Positions 12,159-21,882 of a DNA stretch of 32,000 bases are shown here, one piece after another. Under the pieces are notes generated by a model. That model was given only the letters and a program-made list of their open reading frames with translations. It was not told where the DNA came from and ran no database searches. A program made the position numbers and the translations under genes. Origin of the DNA: Halorhodospira halophila SL1 (GTDB taxonomy: Bacteria > Pseudomonadota > Gammaproteobacteria > Nitrococcales > Halorhodospiraceae); the NCBI RefSeq assembly GCF_000015585.1, contig NC_008789.1, positions 2,520,001 through 2,552,000 on the forward strand, read 5' to 3'. The first letter of the stretch is position 1. Each line of letters begins with the position of its first letter.

Positions 12159-13114
12159 TCGGCGGTCAGCGCCTCGGCAAAGTCGGCCGCACGGAAGGTG
12201 CGCAGGTCCTCGACCTTCTCACCCACGCCGATGTAGCGCACCGGCACCTGGAGCCGCTCGGCCAGGGCCAGCAGCACGCCACCACGGGCGGTCCCGTCCA
12301 GCTTGGTCACGGCCAGACCGGTCACGTTCACCGCCGCGCCGAACTGCTCGGCCTGGGCCAGTGCGTTCTGGCCGTTGCCACCGTCGAGCACAAGGAGGGT
12401 CTCGTGGGGCGCATCGGCATCCTGCCGGCCGAGCACGCGGCGGATCTTGCGCAGCTCCTCCATGAGGTTGTCCTGGGTGTGCAGGCGGCCGGCGGTATCG
12501 GCGATGAGCACATCCGCACCGCGGGCGCGGGCGGCCTGGTGGGCATCGAAGACCACCGAGGCGGGATCCGAGCCCGTGGGCTGGGCGATCACCGGGCAAC
12601 CGACCCGTTCGCCCCACTGCTGGAGCTGATCCACTGCAGCGGCGCGGAAGGTATCGCCTGCGGCGACCATCACCGACCGCCCCTCGTTCTGAAAACGGGC
12701 CGCCAGCTTGCCGATGGTGGTGGTCTTGCCGGCCCCGTTGACCCCGACCGTGAGGATGACGAAGGGCCGCTTGTCGGTATCGATCTGCAGCGGCTTCTCC
12801 ACCGGCTCGAGCACCTTGACGATCTCGCTGCGCAGGGCCTCCAGCACCGTCTCGCCGGTACCGCCGCCGGAACCACCGAGGCGCTCGACGAGACCGTCGA
12901 GCACCTTCTGCGTCGCCTCCATGCCGACGTCGGCCTGGAGCAGACGCATCTCCAGCTCCTCGAGGAGCTCGTCGTCGAGTTCGCGGCGGCCAACGAACAA
13001 CGTCGCCAGCCCTTCGGTGAGCCCGCTGCGGGTCCGCCGCAGCCCGTTGCGCAGTCGCCCCATCAGCCCGGGGCGTTTGTCGGTCTTCTCGCTTTCGCTC
13101 ATGACCTTCGGCAC
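12155..13114 (-). CDS. ftsY: signal recognition particle receptor FtsY (short form without a long acidic A domain)
   Basis: 319 aa. NG domain with GVNGAGKTTTIGKLA, DTAGR and TKLDG. The start is ambiguous between the GTG at 13114 and the ATG at 13102; neither has a good SD. Confidence 0.92.
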   Translation of the reverse strand: MPKVMSESEKTDKRPGLMGRLRNGLRRTRSGLTEGLATLFVGRRELDDELLEELEMRLLQADVGMEATQKVLDGLVERLGGSGGGTGETVLEALRSEIVKVLEPVEKPLQIDTDKRPFVILTVGVNGAGKTTTIGKLAARFQNEGRSVMVAAGDTFRAAAVDQLQQWGERVGCPVIAQPTGSDPASVVFDAHQAARARGADVLIADTAGRLHTQDNLMEELRKIRRVLGRQDADAPHETLLVLDGGNGQNALAQAEQFGAAVNVTGLAVTKLDGTARGGVLLALAERLQVPVRYIGVGEKVEDLRTFRAADFAEALTAE

Positions 13115-13229
13115 TGTTGTGGTCCATTGGGATGCCGCGGGCCCGATGGGCGCTGCCGCCCGCGACTTGCGCTGTCGGGTATCCTACCATTGGTGCCGAA
13201 CCCGGCGGCGACCCAACCCCAGAGGAGCC

Positions 13230-14561
13230 ATGGCCCTGCGCAGACTGCTCACCACCCTGCTGCTCGCCAGCCTGGCGCCGCTTGCTGCGGCTGACCGCGT
13301 GCACCACCACGAGCTGGACAACGGCCTGACCGTTCTAGTCCAGGAGGACCACCGCGGCGGCGTGGTCGCCTCCATGCTCTGGTACCACGTCGGATCCGGC
13401 CACGAGCACCGGCCCATCACCGGCATCTCCCACGCCGTCGAACACATGATGTTCAAGGGCACCGAGACCCGCGAGACCGGTGAGTTCGCCCGACAGATCG
13501 CCCGCGAAGGGGGGCAGACCAACGCCTTCACCGCCCGCGATTTCACCGGCTACTTCCAACTGCTGGCGGCCGACCGCCTCGAGCTGGCCATGGAGCTGGA
13601 GGCCGACCGCATGCACCAGCTGGTCTTCGACCCCGAGGAGTTCCAGCGCGAGATGCAGGTCATCCACGAGGAACGGCGCCAGCGGGTCGACGATCCGCCG
13701 GAGGCCCGGGCCTTTGAACGCTTCACCGCCACCGCCCATATGGCCAGCCCCTACCGCCACCCGATCATCGGCTGGCAACGGGACCTGGACCGCCTGCGCC
13801 TGGAGGAGCTCGAGGCGTGGTACCAGCGCTGGTACACCCCGAGCAACGCCACTCTGGTGGTGGTCGGCGCGGTGGAGCCGGAGCGGGTCTTCGAACTGGC
13901 CGAGCGGCACTTCGGCGAGGTCCCTGCCCGCGAGGCCGAGCCGCAGCCGGAGGGCCGCGAGATCGACGCCGCCCCCGGGGAGCGACGCATTGAGGTCCGT
14001 TTCGACGACGCCCGCGTGCCCATGCTCTTCCTCGGCTACAACGTCCCCTCGCTGGCCACCGCGGCGGATCCCGGCGACGCCTACGCCCTGCTGTTGGCGG
14101 CCGAGCTGCTCGACGGCGGGCGCTCCGCCCGCCTGCCGGAGGCCCTGGTGCGCGGCAGCGGGGTGGCCACCAGCGCCTCGGCGGGCTATTCGCCGGTGGC
14201 GCGTCTCGACACCCTCTTCTCGCTGGTGGCACGGCCGGCCGACGACCAAGACCTGGACGACCTGGAATCCGCCCTGCGCGAGCAGATCCACCGGCTCCAG
14301 GAGGAGCCGGTGGCAGACTCGGAGCTGGAGCGCGCCATGACCCGCCTGTTCGCCGCCGAGGTCTACGCCCGGGACGCCCCCATGGGCCGCGCGCAGCGAC
14401 TGGGGCGGCTGGCCAGCACGGGCATCGGCTGGGAAGAGGCGCAGCGTTTCGAGGAGCGGGTTCGCGCCGTCTCCCCGGAGGCCATCCAACGTGCCGCCGA
14501 AACGTACCTGCAACCGGAGCGGCTCACCGTGGGCCGCCTGCTGCCCGGCGAGGAGGATTGA
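13230..14561 (+). CDS. M16-family zinc peptidase, catalytic-type subunit (HxxEH present), secreted
   Basis: ATG at 13230 with SD AGAGGAG at 13221-13227. Signal-peptide-like MALRRLLTTLLLASLAPLAAA and inverted zincin motif HAVEHMMFKGT. The track ORF from 12708 is a spurious extension running antisense into ftsY. Confidence 0.9.
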   Translation: MALRRLLTTLLLASLAPLAAADRVHHHELDNGLTVLVQEDHRGGVVASMLWYHVGSGHEHRPITGISHAVEHMMFKGTETRETGEFARQIAREGGQTNAFTARDFTGYFQLLAADRLELAMELEADRMHQLVFDPEEFQREMQVIHEERRQRVDDPPEARAFERFTATAHMASPYRHPIIGWQRDLDRLRLEELEAWYQRWYTPSNATLVVVGAVEPERVFELAERHFGEVPAREAEPQPEGREIDAAPGERRIEVRFDDARVPMLFLGYNVPSLATAADPGDAYALLLAAELLDGGRSARLPEALVRGSGVATSASAGYSPVARLDTLFSLVARPADDQDLDDLESALREQIHRLQEEPVADSELERAMTRLFAAEVYARDAPMGRAQRLGRLASTGIGWEEAQRFEERVRAVSPEAIQRAAETYLQPERLTVGRLLPGEED

Positions 14562-15912
14562 TGGGCGTCCTGCATCGATTCGGCGCGGCCGCCGTGGCCA
14601 CCGTCATGCTGCTGGCCGGCACTGCACAGGCCGATCCGTTCGGCCCCGAGGTCCAGCGCTGGGAAGGCCGCGAAGGGGCCGCCGTCTACTTCATCCAGGC
14701 GCGCGAGGTACCGATGGTGGACATCCAGGTGATCTTTGACGCCGGCAGCGCCCGCGACCGCGGCACACCGGGCCTGGCGCTGCTCACCTCGCGCAGCCTG
14801 GACCAGGGGGCCGGTGAGCTCGATGCGGGAGCCCTGGCCCGCCGCCTGGAAGACGTCGGCGCGCGGCTGAGCACCTCGGCGGGCCGCCAGCAGGCCCAGG
14901 TCCACCTGCGCAGCCTCTCCGACGCCACGGCGCTGGATGCCTCCGTGGACCTCCTCGAGAAGGTCCTGGCCGTACCGGCCTTCGACGAGGAGGCGGTCCA
15001 GCGGGAGCTGCGACACATGCAGCAGAACCTGCGCGCCGAACGCCAGTCGGCCTCGAACATCGCCCTGCGCGCACTCTACGCCGCGATGTACGACGATCAC
15101 CCCTACGCCCCCCCGCCGTCGGGCACCGAGGAGGGGCTGGCAGCCCTGGACGCCTCCCGGGTCGCCGCCTTCTTCCACGAGCACTACGTCGCCGCCAACG
15201 CCAGCATCGCCATCGTGGGGGACCTGGGGCGCGAGCAGGCCGAGGCACTGGCCGATCGCCTGCTCGGCGCCCTGGAGGGCGGTGAGCCGGCGCCGGCACT
15301 CCCCGAGCCGCCCGCCGAGCCGGCGCAGGAGGAGATCCGCATCCGCTTCCCGGGCTCACAGACGGCGCTGATGATGGGCCTGCCGGCGATCGCCCGCGGC
15401 GAGGAGGAGCTGGAGTACCCGCTGCGGGTGGCCAACCACGTCCTGGGCGGCGGCGGACTGGTGTCGCGGCTCTACCAGAGCATGCGCGAGGAGCGCGGGC
15501 TCTCCTACGCCTCGTCGTCGAGCCTGAACATCATGCCGGTGGGCGGCCCCTGGCTGATCCGCTCCACGGTCGAGGCCGAACGGAGCGAGGAAGCTCTGGA
15601 GGTGCTGCGAGCCGAGGTCGAGCGCCTCGCACGCGACGGCCTGGAGGACGAGGAGATCGACGCGACCGTTCGCCACCTCACCGGTTCCTTCCCGCTCAGC
15701 GTGGCGAACAACTCGGCGCTGGTCGGGCAGCTCAGCGTCATGGCAGCCAACCGCCTGCCCACCGACCACCTGGCGCGCTATATACCGCGCATGGAGGCCG
15801 TGGACGCGGCGGCGATCCGCCGCGCGCTGGACGAGCGGCTCGACCCGACGCGGATGGTCACCGTGCTGGTCGGCCCGGACCTGGAGAACGCTGACATGGA
15901 GATGGATCCAGA

Positions 15913-15916
<4 letters not shown>
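14558..15916 (+). CDS. M16-family peptidase-like protein, non-catalytic type (no HxxEH), secreted
   Basis: 452 aa. Signal-peptide-like N-terminus AAAVATVMLLAGTAQA and M16 fold-type sequence, but no HxxEH motif seen. ATGA overlap with the upstream M16 gene. Confidence 0.87.
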
Positions 15917-17008
<1,092 letters not shown>

Positions 17009-17031
17009 CCCGCACCGCGAAGGAGGGCACC

Positions 17032-17412
17032 ATGGCCTGGTCGTGGTTCAAGCCGTTGGTCTACGACAACAGCGTGCTGGAGGCGGCTCAGCTGCTGCAG
17101 ATCTCCGAGTACGACTTCCTCGCCCTGGCCCACTGGCGCCGCTTCAAGCGCATCGCCCGACGCGAGGATCTGGATCGGCTCTTCGGGCTGTACATGCGCG
17201 ATCAGGACTGCACACCACCGTGGGCACGGGAACTCGCGCGGGAGATCATCGCCCGGGCCGACGAGGGCACCCTCGACCCGCGGGACTACGGCGTCCGCGC
17301 CCCAGTCCCCAAGCTCGATGACCTATTCCGGATGCTGCGGGATGTCTTCATCATCCTGCTGTTCATGACCCTGTTCGCCCTCGGCCTGTGGCTCGGTACG
17401 CCCGCGCTCTAG
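17032..17412 (+). CDS. hypothetical protein with a single C-terminal TM helix (tail-anchored type)
   Basis: ATG at 17032 preceded by SD AGGAGGG at 17021-17027, 23 nt after the coaD stop. High GC3. 126 aa with a soluble charged N-domain and then VFIILLFMTLFALGLWLG. No family recognised. Confidence 0.65.
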   Translation: MAWSWFKPLVYDNSVLEAAQLLQISEYDFLALAHWRRFKRIARREDLDRLFGLYMRDQDCTPPWARELAREIIARADEGTLDPRDYGVRAPVPKLDDLFRMLRDVFIILLFMTLFALGLWLGTPAL

Positions 17413-17418
17413 GCCTGC

Positions 17419-18231
17419 CTAGCGCTGGCACCGGGGGCAGAACCAGGTCCCGCGCTGCGCCAGCCGGATCTGGCGCAGCGCGCCGCCGCAGACCGGGCAC
17501 ACCGAAGCGCCATAGACGGACAGATTCACGGCGAAGTATCCCGGCTCACCCGAACCGTCGGTGAAATCGCGCAGCGTGGTGCCCCCCGCCGCCAGCGCTG
17601 CCTCCAGGACCGCCCGTACGGCCCCGGCCAGGCGGTCGTACCGGGCCCGGGCGATCCGCCCGGCCGCTCGGTCCGGGCGGATACCGGCACGAAAGAGCGC
17701 CTCATTGGCATAGATATTCCCCACCCCGACCACGACGGTGGCATCCATCAGCAGGGCCTTCACCGCCACGCGACGGCCACGGGCCGCGCGGTGCAGCACG
17801 GCCCCATCGAAGGCCGATCCCAACGGCTCGGGGCCAAGGCGGCGGAGCAGCCGGTGGTCCTGCGGGTCCCCGTCACCGAGGAGCAGGCAGCCAAAACGGC
17901 GCGGGTCGGTCAGGCGGACGGCACGGCCATCATTGAGGACCAGATCGACATGGTCGTGCCGCCCCGGGGCATCGGTCTCCGCCACCAGCCGCAGGCTCCC
18001 GGACATACCCAGATGCAGCAACAGCCAGGCACCGCCGCCAAGGCGGATCAGCAGATACTTGGCGCGCCGCTCCAGGGCCACCACCTCCTCACCGACGACG
18101 GCGGCCTCCACCCTGGCCGGCACGGGATAGCGCAGCTGCCGTTGGCGTACCACGACGCGCTGCAGGGTACGCCCGACCAGGTGGACCTGCAGGCCGCGAC
18201 GGGTGGTCTCAACCTCGGGCAGCTCGGGCAA
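17419..18231 (-). CDS. mutM: formamidopyrimidine-DNA glycosylase
   Basis: 270 aa. N-terminal MPELPEVE catalytic motif and C-terminal zinc finger CPVCGG...CPRCQ. SD (cctccc on +) at about 18240-18245. Confidence 0.95.
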   Translation of the reverse strand: MPELPEVETTRRGLQVHLVGRTLQRVVVRQRQLRYPVPARVEAAVVGEEVVALERRAKYLLIRLGGGAWLLLHLGMSGSLRLVAETDAPGRHDHVDLVLNDGRAVRLTDPRRFGCLLLGDGDPQDHRLLRRLGPEPLGSAFDGAVLHRAARGRRVAVKALLMDATVVVGVGNIYANEALFRAGIRPDRAAGRIARARYDRLAGAVRAVLEAALAAGGTTLRDFTDGSGEPGYFAVNLSVYGASVCPVCGGALRQIRLAQRGTWFCPRCQR

Positions 18232-18249
18232 CGGCCGCCTCCCCTGGGA

Positions 18250-19521
18250 TCACGATTCCGACGGCGGACCACGCCGGCGGGCGGCCAACCGTTCCGGACG
18301 CTCGCTGCGGGATAGATGAGCTAGCCAGGCCCACTGGGCGTCCGCCCACTTCAGCGACTCGAGATAGTGATGGTTGACCTGCATGGGATCGACCCCGGTG
18401 GCTGCCAGACGTTCCCAGTCTCCCCGCTCCTGGGCCAGGACCGCGGCGAGGATGCGCCCGTAGGGACCCTCAAGCTCAAGCAGCGCCTGACGCACCTCGA
18501 AGCTGAGCGGCAGCTCGGCACAGATGACCGACAGCGGCGCGTCGAGCACAGCATCGAGCCCGGAAAACAATCCGATGGTGAACGCCGCGCCAGGATCGGA
18601 ACCGCCGTAGCGGTGGCGCACCAACTGCTCGCAGGTGCGCGCCCGCACCAGCAGGGCGACGATGCGTTCAGAGGGTTGATCGTTGCAGGAGGTCATGGCC
18701 AACAGCACAGCCCAGTTCGCCAGCTGCCTGCGCCCCAGGTAGAGCACGGCGGCGCGGATGCTGTCGATGTCCCGGGTGGGGAACAGCGGCGAGGCCAGAT
18801 AGCGCAGGATCTTGTAGGACAGTGACACATCCTGGCCGATGATCTGCTCGATCTCCCGCACATCCAGTTCCGGGCGCTGCAGCGAGGCGATCAGGCGCAA
18901 CAGCGGCAGGCGGTTGTGCGGCACCGAGCGCCGCGACAGCGTGGTCGGCCGCGACAGGAAGAACCCCTGGAAATAGTCGAACCCCGCCGCACGGCACAGA
19001 TCCATCACCTCTCGGCTCTCGATCTTCTCGGCCAGCAACGACGGCACCCCCTGACGCTGGAGGGTCCGCGCATGGCGCACGATCTCCTGCGGCGCCATGC
19101 CGAGGACGTCGACCTTGACCATGTCCACGCACGGCAGCAGCCGCTCCCGGCCGGAGTCATCGAGCAGATAGTCGTCCAGGGCGATCCGGTAACCCTGCCG
19201 CGACAACCGGCACAGTGCTGCCCGCAACTCCTGGTCGGGGGCCACGTCCTCGAGGACCTCGATCACCACCTCGTGCTGCGGGAACGGCACGGGCTGCTGC
19301 AGGAGGAATCGCCGGGTGAGGTTCAGGTAGGCCGGCTGCCCACCGGTGATCGAGCGCAGCCCGATCTCCATGAAGGCGCTGAGGATTACAGTGGCCGTGG
19401 CCGCGTCGCCGTCGGCAAAACGCGCCGATTCCTCACGCCCGGCGCGGTAGAGGAGTTCGTAGCCACAGACCCGCAGCTCGCGGTCGAATACCGGCTGACG
19501 GGCCAGAAAGATCTCCGACAT
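18250..19521 (-). CDS. EAL-domain plus HDOD-domain signalling protein (COG3434-type, putative c-di-GMP phosphodiesterase)
   Basis: Start taken at ATG 19521 (MSEIFLARQPVFDRELRVCGYELLYR, the typical start of this family). EAL signature residues appear present: ELL, YLNLT, EVLED, ALDDY, VKVD, AEKIES and YFQGFF. The C-terminal half matches the HDOD pattern (LPLLRLIASL...DVSLSYKILRYLASPLF...IRAAVLYLG). 423 aa. Confidence 0.85.
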   Translation of the reverse strand: MSEIFLARQPVFDRELRVCGYELLYRAGREESARFADGDAATATVILSAFMEIGLRSITGGQPAYLNLTRRFLLQQPVPFPQHEVVIEVLEDVAPDQELRAALCRLSRQGYRIALDDYLLDDSGRERLLPCVDMVKVDVLGMAPQEIVRHARTLQRQGVPSLLAEKIESREVMDLCRAAGFDYFQGFFLSRPTTLSRRSVPHNRLPLLRLIASLQRPELDVREIEQIIGQDVSLSYKILRYLASPLFPTRDIDSIRAAVLYLGRRQLANWAVLLAMTSCNDQPSERIVALLVRARTCEQLVRHRYGGSDPGAAFTIGLFSGLDAVLDAPLSVICAELPLSFEVRQALLELEGPYGRILAAVLAQERGDWERLAATGVDPMQVNHHYLESLKWADAQWAWLAHLSRSERPERLAARRRGPPSES

Positions 19522-19618
19522 GGCAGCGAAACTCCACGACGCAGCTCTCGGGGGGAGCAGGGAGCAAGATTCCCCGACCGACGCGCAACGGTCAAGCGGC
19601 CAGCCAGCCCCGATACAC

Positions 19619-19676
19619 AACGGGCCCGGTGCCGAAGGCAGCCGGGCCCGTTGGCGATGCGGCGCGTTAGCGCCGC
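19619..19676 (-). terminator. two tandem stem-loops downstream of rpmG (rpmBG terminator region)
   Basis: Hairpin 1: gcggcgc (19659-19665) pairs with gcgccgc (19670-19676), with a 4-nt loop. Hairpin 2: aacgggcccgg (19619-19629) pairs with ccgggcccgtt (19642-19652), with further pairing (tgcc/ggca) inside the loop. No long U-tract follows. Confidence 0.55.
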
Positions 19677-19681
19677 TCCCG

Positions 19682-19852
19682 CTACTTGAGCTTGGTCTCG
19701 CGGTAGGTTACGTGCTTGCGTACGACCGGATCGTACTTCTTCATCTCAAGCTTGTGCGGGGTGTTTCGCTTGTTCTTATCGGTGGTGTAGAAGTGGCCCG
19801 TGCCGGCACTCGACACCAGCTTGATCTTCTCGCGTGCGCTCTTACCGGCCAT
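19682..19852 (-). CDS. rpmG: 50S ribosomal protein L33
   Basis: Not in the ORF track because it is short. Hand translation gives [56 protein letters not shown], 56 aa. The ATG overlaps the rpmB stop by 1 nt (TAATG). Confidence 0.95.
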   Translation of the reverse strand: MAGKSAREKIKLVSSAGTGHFYTTDKNKRNTPHKLEMKKYDPVVRKHVTYRETKLK

Positions 19853-20088
19853 TAGACCCTCTCCCCACGGGCCCGCATGTCGGCGAGCACCGCGTCAATG
19901 CCGCGTTTGTCGATGATCCGCATGCCCTTGGCGGAGACACGCAGACGTACCCAGCGATTCTCGCTCTCCACCCAGTAGCGGTGATCGTGCAGGTTGGGCA
20001 GAAAACGCCGGCGCGTCTTGTTGTTGGCGTGGGAAACGTTGTTCCCCGTACCCGGACGCGTGCCGGTGACTTGGCAGACCTTGGACAT
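19852..20088 (-). CDS. rpmB: 50S ribosomal protein L28
   Basis: [33 protein letters not shown]... 78 aa from ATG 20088. SD GGAG (ctcc on +) at about 20096-20100. Confidence 0.95.
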
Positions 20089-20138
20089 AACTACGCTCCT
20101 CAATCCCAGCTCGCCGGCAGCCGCCGGAAAAGGCGGTT

Positions 20139-20167
20139 TTTATACCAGCATCCGGGCGCCGACGCAA
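20139..20167 (-). promoter_or_regulatory. candidate sigma-70 promoter of rpmB-rpmG
   Basis: On the minus strand: TTGCGT (20167-20162), a 17-nt spacer, then TATAAA (20144-20139), about 50 nt upstream of the rpmB ATG. Confidence 0.5.
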
Positions 20168-20244
20168 GGAGTGCTTGCCGCAACCAGCCAGACCCCCTAC
20201 GATTGCTCTGCCCATCGCTCCAGGGATGAGGGGAGGAGATTATA

Positions 20245-20910
20245 ATGACACAAAGCGTGACTGATTCGGCACGCGACAACATGATCCGCCGCCAGATCCG
20301 CCCGTGGAACGTGCTCGAGCCGCGGGTGCTGGAGGCACTGGAGGCGATCCCCCGCGAGGATTTCGTACCCGAGCACCTGCGCGGGATGGCGTACAGCGAC
20401 CTGCAACTGCCGCTGGGCAACGGCGAGGTGATGATGGAGCCCCGCCTGGAAGGGCGGATGCTGCAGGAACTGGACCCGGCACCGGGCGAGAAGGCGCTGG
20501 AGGTCGGCACTGGCAGCGGTTACGTCACCGCCTGCCTGGCCCACCTGTGTGGCCACGTAACCAGTGTCGAGCTGCACGCCGACCTGCACCGACAGGCTCA
20601 GCAGCGGCTCGAGGCCGCCGGGGTAGCCGAGGGCACCGAGCTGGTCCAGGGCGATGCCGCCCACGGCTGGCATGATGCCCAGCACTACGACGTGATCTCG
20701 GTCACCGGCTCCCTGCCCGAGCTCCACGACGGCTTCCACAGCTCCCTGACCATCGGCGGCCGGTTGTTCGTCATCGTCGGTCAGGGCCCGATGATGGAGG
20801 CCCTGCGCATCACCCGCACGGGCCCCAACGCCTGGTCGACCCAGAGCGTCTTCGATACCGCAGTGCCGCCGCTGCGCGGCCTGACCAAGAGGGATCCATT
20901 CAAGCTTTGA
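20245..20910 (+). CDS. protein-L-isoaspartate O-methyltransferase-family (PCMT-like) SAM-dependent methyltransferase paralog
   Basis: 221 aa. SD GGGAGGAG at 20231-20238. VLEALEAIPREDFVP and SAM motif LEVGTGSGY. Lacks the canonical T-I-S-x-P motif (see findings). Confidence 0.85.
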   Translation: MTQSVTDSARDNMIRRQIRPWNVLEPRVLEALEAIPREDFVPEHLRGMAYSDLQLPLGNGEVMMEPRLEGRMLQELDPAPGEKALEVGTGSGYVTACLAHLCGHVTSVELHADLHRQAQQRLEAAGVAEGTELVQGDAAHGWHDAQHYDVISVTGSLPELHDGFHSSLTIGGRLFVIVGQGPMMEALRITRTGPNAWSTQSVFDTAVPPLRGLTKRDPFKL

Positions 20911-21878
20911 GCAACGCCGCCACAGCCCCCAAGGGCCGGCGCCGCGGGGCCCGGCCCACCCCGAAAGACGACCGCCTGCTGCAGCTGCGCTTCCTGCATC
21001 CGCGATTCTGGGGCGTGTGGCTGCAGCTGGGCCTGTTGCGGACCGTGGTGACTTTGCCTCACCGGGCCCGCATGGCCTTCGGCGCGGGCATCGGCGAGCT
21101 TGCATGGCACATGGCACCGCAGCGGCGCCGACTGGTCCTGCGCAACCTCGAACTCAGCTTCCCCGAGCTCTCCGAGCAGCGCCGCCAAACCATTGCCCGG
21201 GAGAACTTCCGACTGATGGGCATCGGGGTGGTCGAGACGGCGATGGGCTGGTGGCTCCCCATGGAACGGATCGCCGAGCTGTTCGAGGTCCACGGCCAGG
21301 AGCATCTCGAGGCTGCTCGGGCGAGCGACCGTGGCGTACTGTTGCTCAGCTGCCACATGCTCGGCCTGGAGCTCAGCGCGGCTCGGGTTTTGCAGATCAC
21401 GCCATTCAAGGCCCTCTACCGCGAGGACCGCAACCCGCTGGTGGCCACCCTGATCCGGCGCAACCGGCGCCGGCGCATCGAGGATGTCATCTCCAACCAG
21501 GACATGCGCGGCATGATCCGCGCGCTCAAGGACGGCGATATCATCTGGTACGCGCCGGACGAAAACATCGCGCCGCGGCGGGGCGGCATCTTTGTGCCCT
21601 TTTTCGGCATCCAGGCCGCCACCACACCGGCAACGGCACGACTGGCCGAACGCACCGGGTGCATCGTGCTGCCCTACTACCCGCAGCGGCTGGCGGGCGG
21701 GCGCTACCGCTTGGTCTTCGAACCCCCACTGGAAGACTTCCCCAGCGGCGACATCCACGCCGATACGGCGCGCATCAATCGACTGATCGAACAGTGGATC
21801 CGGCAACAGCCGGAACAGTACTTCTGGGTCCGCAAACGATTCAAATCCCGGCCCGAGGGCGAGCCCCCGCGCTACTGA
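20907..21878 (+). CDS. lpxL: lipid A biosynthesis lauroyl (late) acyltransferase
   Basis: Aligns by eye with E. coli LpxL over its full length (FLHPRFWGVWL..., RNLELSFPELSEQ, H-x4-E CHMLGLE, WYAPDEN, PEQYFWVRKRFKSRPEG). The only available in-frame start is the TTG at 20907, overlapping the upstream stop (TTGA). Confidence 0.88.
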   Translation: MSNAATAPKGRRRGARPTPKDDRLLQLRFLHPRFWGVWLQLGLLRTVVTLPHRARMAFGAGIGELAWHMAPQRRRLVLRNLELSFPELSEQRRQTIARENFRLMGIGVVETAMGWWLPMERIAELFEVHGQEHLEAARASDRGVLLLSCHMLGLELSAARVLQITPFKALYREDRNPLVATLIRRNRRRRIEDVISNQDMRGMIRALKDGDIIWYAPDENIAPRRGGIFVPFFGIQAATTPATARLAERTGCIVLPYYPQRLAGGRYRLVFEPPLEDFPSGDIHADTARINRLIEQWIRQQPEQYFWVRKRFKSRPEGEPPRY

Positions 21879-21882
21879 ACCG

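Noticed and set aside
12708-13229. 5' extension of the M16 peptidase ORF (the track gives 617 aa from 12708)
   Set aside because: The extension runs antisense through ftsY. A proper ATG with SD and a signal peptide occurs at 13230. The same logic was applied to other extensions: 8052-8210, 8641-8682, 10268-10345, 16223-16513, 19522-19620, 26553-26882, 29277-29714 and 29400-29462.
17409-17422. Palindrome ctagg-cctg-cctag as a bidirectional terminator between the 126-aa ORF and mutM
   Set aside because: It has only a 5-bp stem and no flanking T/A runs, and it arises largely from the two facing TAG stop codons. It is mentioned in a finding but not called as a feature.
20119-20144. Plus-strand terminator-like hairpin (ag ccgcc ggaaaa ggcgg tttttata) between rpmB and the PCMT-like gene
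   Set aside because: No plus-strand gene ends upstream of it. The T-run coincides with the minus-strand -10 box (TATAAA) of the rpmB promoter, so the AT-rich element is better explained as promoter sequence. The stem is only 5-7 bp.
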